This document shows, piece by piece, positions 60,031-64,000 of a DNA stretch of 64,000 nt. The notes below the pieces were generated by a model. It ran no database searches. It was not told the origin of the DNA and was given only the letters and a program-made list of their open reading frames with translations. The DNA is from Cyanophora paradoxa CCMP329 (taxonomy: Eukaryota > Plantae > Glaucophyta): assembly GCA_004431415.1 (NCBI GenBank), contig QPMI01000556.1, forward strand, positions 14,994-78,993, read 5' to 3'. Position numbers and translations under genes: made by a program. Position 1 is the first letter of the stretch, and the number at the start of each line of letters is the position of its first letter.

Positions 60031-63000
60031 ATGAGCTTCAATTACCACCAAATCTAGAAACCATTCAGATGATAATGCAAGCAGCACCAAGCATGTGAAC
60101 TTTGATAATATTAAAGTAAGGGTTCAGTTTCAATTGACCACAGCTCTGATAATTCATCAAAGACTCAATCAAGGGAGCATGCTTTATCTGTGAATCAAAC
60201 CGATCCAGATAAAGAGGATGTCAGTGTAGCCTTTAGTTTGGGTAATGTGAAAGCAAACCAAGTGGCAGAGATCAAAGCAACAAGAAGGAGACCTAGGAAA
60301 CTAAAACCAGTGGCACTCACCCAGATATACCTTCCAGGTTCGATAGTGGTCGATTGATTTTCAATGTTCAAGATGAGCAGGGCAAACAGAACACAGCTTT
60401 GCGAATTTACAATGAGGGCAGCACTCCAAAAGCTGAGGTCCCCAAGTATTGCAAGTGGGTCCATTGCAACACAAATCAGGTCTCCTACACAAATGATGTC
60501 TACCCAAGGATATTACATATGACTTTGCGAGGAATGAGCCTTTTGGTTTTTACTCCAAAGATGTCCATCAAAAAAAGCCATCAATTACAATCAACAGTAG
60601 CCCCAGTCAACCAGTAGCAATCCATTTACACCTGATTTAGTCGAAATGGATAGGCACCTTTTGCCTTTGTATAGCAATGTGAAAGACCTTGGAATTCGAA
60701 CCAGGCAATGGCGAAATATCCATGGCAGCAATGTGTATGCAAATGGAGAGAAGCTTGTAGTGAGAAAACTCTAAGGGAAATCATTGAGCATTATGGTCCA
60801 ATGGACCACAGTCCCATTCCCTATTCCATTTCCAATGGACCTCCCGATTTAACACCAAAGAACAGCCTGGAAGAGAATACACAGCAACTGAAGATGTAGC
60901 CTTTGGGCAGCATATTGTTAGTTGGGAGCAAGTTCGCAATAAACCTATAATTGAACCAGAAAGCAAATAGATGAGCAGTATTTACCTCCTGAAGTCGATA
61001 TATTAGAGCTTGATGAATATCAATTCGTTCCAGATGAGGAAGAATATTTACCAGATGGTTTTGACCCACAAGAATATGAATATGATCAGTTTGACCCCAA
61101 TGAGGAGGAGATACTACCAGATGGCTTAGATCCCAAGAGTTTGAGTATGAGCAGAACTATGAACCTGATGAGGAGTATTTGCCAGATGGGCATGATCCAC
61201 CAGCTGTTGATTATGAGCAACCTTATGAACCCATGAGGAATTATTACCAGATGGATTTCGACCTGAGATCTGGGAGTTCTTTCCTGATTATGAACAAATT
61301 AATAATAAACCTGCAAAGTATCCCCAGAGGATCACAATCATGATTGGGATGAGATCTTAGGCAAACCTCAGAAGTATCCACCAGAAGATCACAGGCATGA
61401 TTGGGGTGATATTGATGGATACCTACTGAGTTCCACCAAGCAAACATGAACACACTTGGGATGAGATCAATGACCAACCAGAATTCGCAAGGTAGAGCCT
61501 CTTGATAACTTGGGGTTTCTCTTTATCAGACTTGTAATGTCCCTGAAAGAATCTTTTTGAATGAACACTATGTTCATGTGAATGGGACACTTGCGAATTC
61601 AGCTATGAGAGGACCACTTCATATTAGGACACTACCAGCTCTTATAACCACCACCTGAACCAGGAGCAACCATACCAAATATCTTTGTGTCAAGCTACAT
61701 GGAGCTGACATTCCCACAGATACATTCAGAGTCCAACAGACCCAGCAACCTACCAAAATTTCAACTCTGCTATACAGGTTCATGTAGCAGATGTAAGCAG
61801 TTTAGATGGCTCAAGACCAATGATAGTATTCAGCAGAGATAAATATTCGTATATTCCCATAGTGGGAACTGCAAATGATAATTATGGAGGGCAGAGCTTG
61901 CATGGATTAAAACCGATTATGGTGGGTTCTGGAAGCCAATCAGGGATGGCTGCAAAAACATACACAATGAAAATATTCGAGAGTGGTCACAAGGATACCT
62001 TACTGCTGTGATCCTTGTGAATATAGTTACCCTTGCTATGCTTGCAAATTAATGTAACGAAAAATGAACTTGCTCTTGAATTATCAAAGTATCTTCTCAA
62101 AACTGGTGGAACAATCACAGGGGACCTAACTGTTACCAGTACCTTACACAAGTAACCTTTATGCAAGCAATATCACTGTCGATTATCTTACAGTTACATC
62201 TAATGCAAACCTTCCACATCATCCAACTTCAAATGTTGTGGATGGGTGGATCAGAAGCCATACTCACACCAAGACCAAATTATAGACTTTGATCACACAT
62301 GCTTGGTCAAATATTGTGGACAAACCATTGACTTTCCCCAGATGATCACACACATGCCTGGTCAAATATTGTGGACAAACCTATCACCTTCCCTCTGATA
62401 CTCACACTCATGATTATACCCAGATCACCAACTGTAATCACAGACACCCTTGGGTGAAATTGACCAGCAACCAAATTTGCATCTGCAGGCAATCTGTTAA
62501 CAGATTTCTCACATGGTGTGAGTCTTTACAGAGCAATGCCATACCTGAAAGGCTGCACTCAATGACTATTATGTAAATCGAAAAGGCATTGATGCAGGGA
62601 CTACTATGGAGGGTGAATTATACATCAGACCCCCTACAAGAATGCAGATGATTGCAGCAGGTGGAACTTTGGAGCATTGGACACCAAACCAGGTATTTAT
62701 TTGACAAGTTACTATGCTGATGACATCCCAATGACAGCAGGATTACCACCACCCCATCTGAATCCAGTCAACTATGATGACAAAGATGCAGCAATCCAAA
62801 TTAATGTTACTGATGTGAGTGATTTGGATGGTTCAAGACCAAAATTAATATTCAGCAGGGAGAGACTGTTACCTGATGCTCTCATAGGAAATCGAGATGA
62901 CTATAAGAGATGTGAGATGGCATGGATAAAAACGAATTATAATGGTGGAGTGGGTGAGGGAGTTTTAGAAATTAATCAAAGGCAGCAGCAAAGATATTCA

Positions 63001-64000
63001 CAATGAGACCATATCAAGAGTGGTCACAGGGATTACCTGCAAGCCCAAAACTACATAGATGAAACAGAACTTAATACAATCATTGCAGGTATAGGAGTCA
63101 CAGGAAATTACCTCCCTCTCACAGGTGGGATTATTGATGGAACAGTAACACATGCAATTTCTTTGTCCACACTGAAAGCAATCAAACCTTCCCTGTGGTT
63201 CACCCAGGAGGTGAGTATGAGATTCCAGATGATCCAGCTATCATGCCCATCAAGATTGATCTACCTTCTGATTATGTAGGAAGGGGTGAACTGAAACCAT
63301 TTCATTTACAGGAGATTTAATGATCTCATTAATAAACTACTGCTGCAAATCTGCATCCTGTTGCATTTTCGGGAAGCTTCCTTGATCTTAATAATAGATC
63401 ACACACCCACACAAAGGCAGAAATCACAGATTTCGCACACACCCACACCAAGTCCCAAATTACAGATTTTGCACACTATCACACCCGAGCAGATATTACG
63501 AATTTCGCTCACACTCATGTTAATCAGAGATATTAGATCTCGGAAATGTTGCATATGTTGGTCACACCCATACAAAGGCAGAGATTACAGATTTTGCTCA
63601 CAATCACACAAAGGCAGAGATTACAGATTTTGCACACACTCATGATTGGAATACAGATATCTATAACAAACCTGCAATTTTCAGGCAACTACAATGATCT
63701 TACCAATAGACCAACTCTTGATCCCTTCACAGCAACCACAATTAGAGCCAACAACACAATGGTATGTAGGATCAGGTCAGATTGTAGAACCAGCAGGACC
63801 TATGTTTGAAGAAACATGGTTCTTCCACAATTCGCAAAATTACTTTGATAAAACCTTACTTGTTCGTGGAAATGCTTATGCAAGAAATTTCTTGCTATGA
63901 ACCCTTCCAATAATCAAGACTATTAGTAGATGTATCACAGAAGCAGATCTTTCCAGTCAACTCAATGCATATTTCAATGGGAAAATTCAAGCAGGAAAGT
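60031..64000 (+). CDS. One or more long fibre/virion proteins with phage-tail-fibre-like repeats; heavily frameshifted, runs off the window
   Basis: EEYLPDGxDP acidic repeats (~61030-61270); YLLKTGGTITGDLTV and YLPLTGG; HTHAWSNIVDKP x2; HTHTKAEITDF x5-6; SGNYNDLTNRP. Confidence 0.55.

Larger units (their letters stand above)
42770..64000. mobile_element. Endogenous Polinton/Maverick- or virophage-like dsDNA virus; left end approximate, right end beyond the window
   Basis: Abrupt shift to AT-rich, intronless, gene-dense DNA encoding rve integrase, pPolB, primase-helicase, A32 ATPase, MCP and penton-like proteins. Confidence 0.92.

Noticed and set aside
42770-64000. Bacterial prophage or contaminant
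   Set aside because: The rve integrase, Polinton-type pPolB, A32 ATPase and jelly-roll capsid-like genes point to a eukaryotic Preplasmiviricota element; no terminase, portal or tail genes are seen.

Overview
Two very different compartments. (1) 1-~40.8 kb is very GC-rich, intron-dense eukaryotic (protist/algal) DNA. It holds a 137-bp satellite, Ku80 (minus strand, with a duplicated last exon), a divergent SLC35B3/PAPST2-like nucleotide-sugar transporter, an unknown gene, and a 13.6-kb head-to-tail duplication. The duplicated unit carries a bacterial-type SulP/SLC26 anion transporter with an 'MSAF' transit-peptide-like leader and a large soluble-adenylyl-cyclase-like (ADCY10/STAND) gene. About half of the introns I could reconstruct in the transporter gene use GC donors, and the cyclase needs 9-nt and 4-nt microexons. 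The F-containing leader and intron style are compatible with a glaucophyte such as Cyanophora (inference only). (2) ~42.8 kb to the window end is an AT-rich, intronless, CpG-depleted endogenous Polinton/virophage-like virus. It encodes an rve integrase, a protein-primed PolB with an EndoVII insert and an apparently degenerate exonuclease, a Prim-Pol/D5/SF3 primase-helicase, an A32 packaging ATPase, a double-jelly-roll major capsid, two divergent penton-like genes, a patatin phospholipase and a long fibre-like gene. It also has twin iteron hairpins and two classes of repeated promoter-like motif. Many frameshifts in the second duplicate and in the virus look like long-read consensus errors rather than decay. 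Most supplied ORFs in the GC-rich half are spurious.
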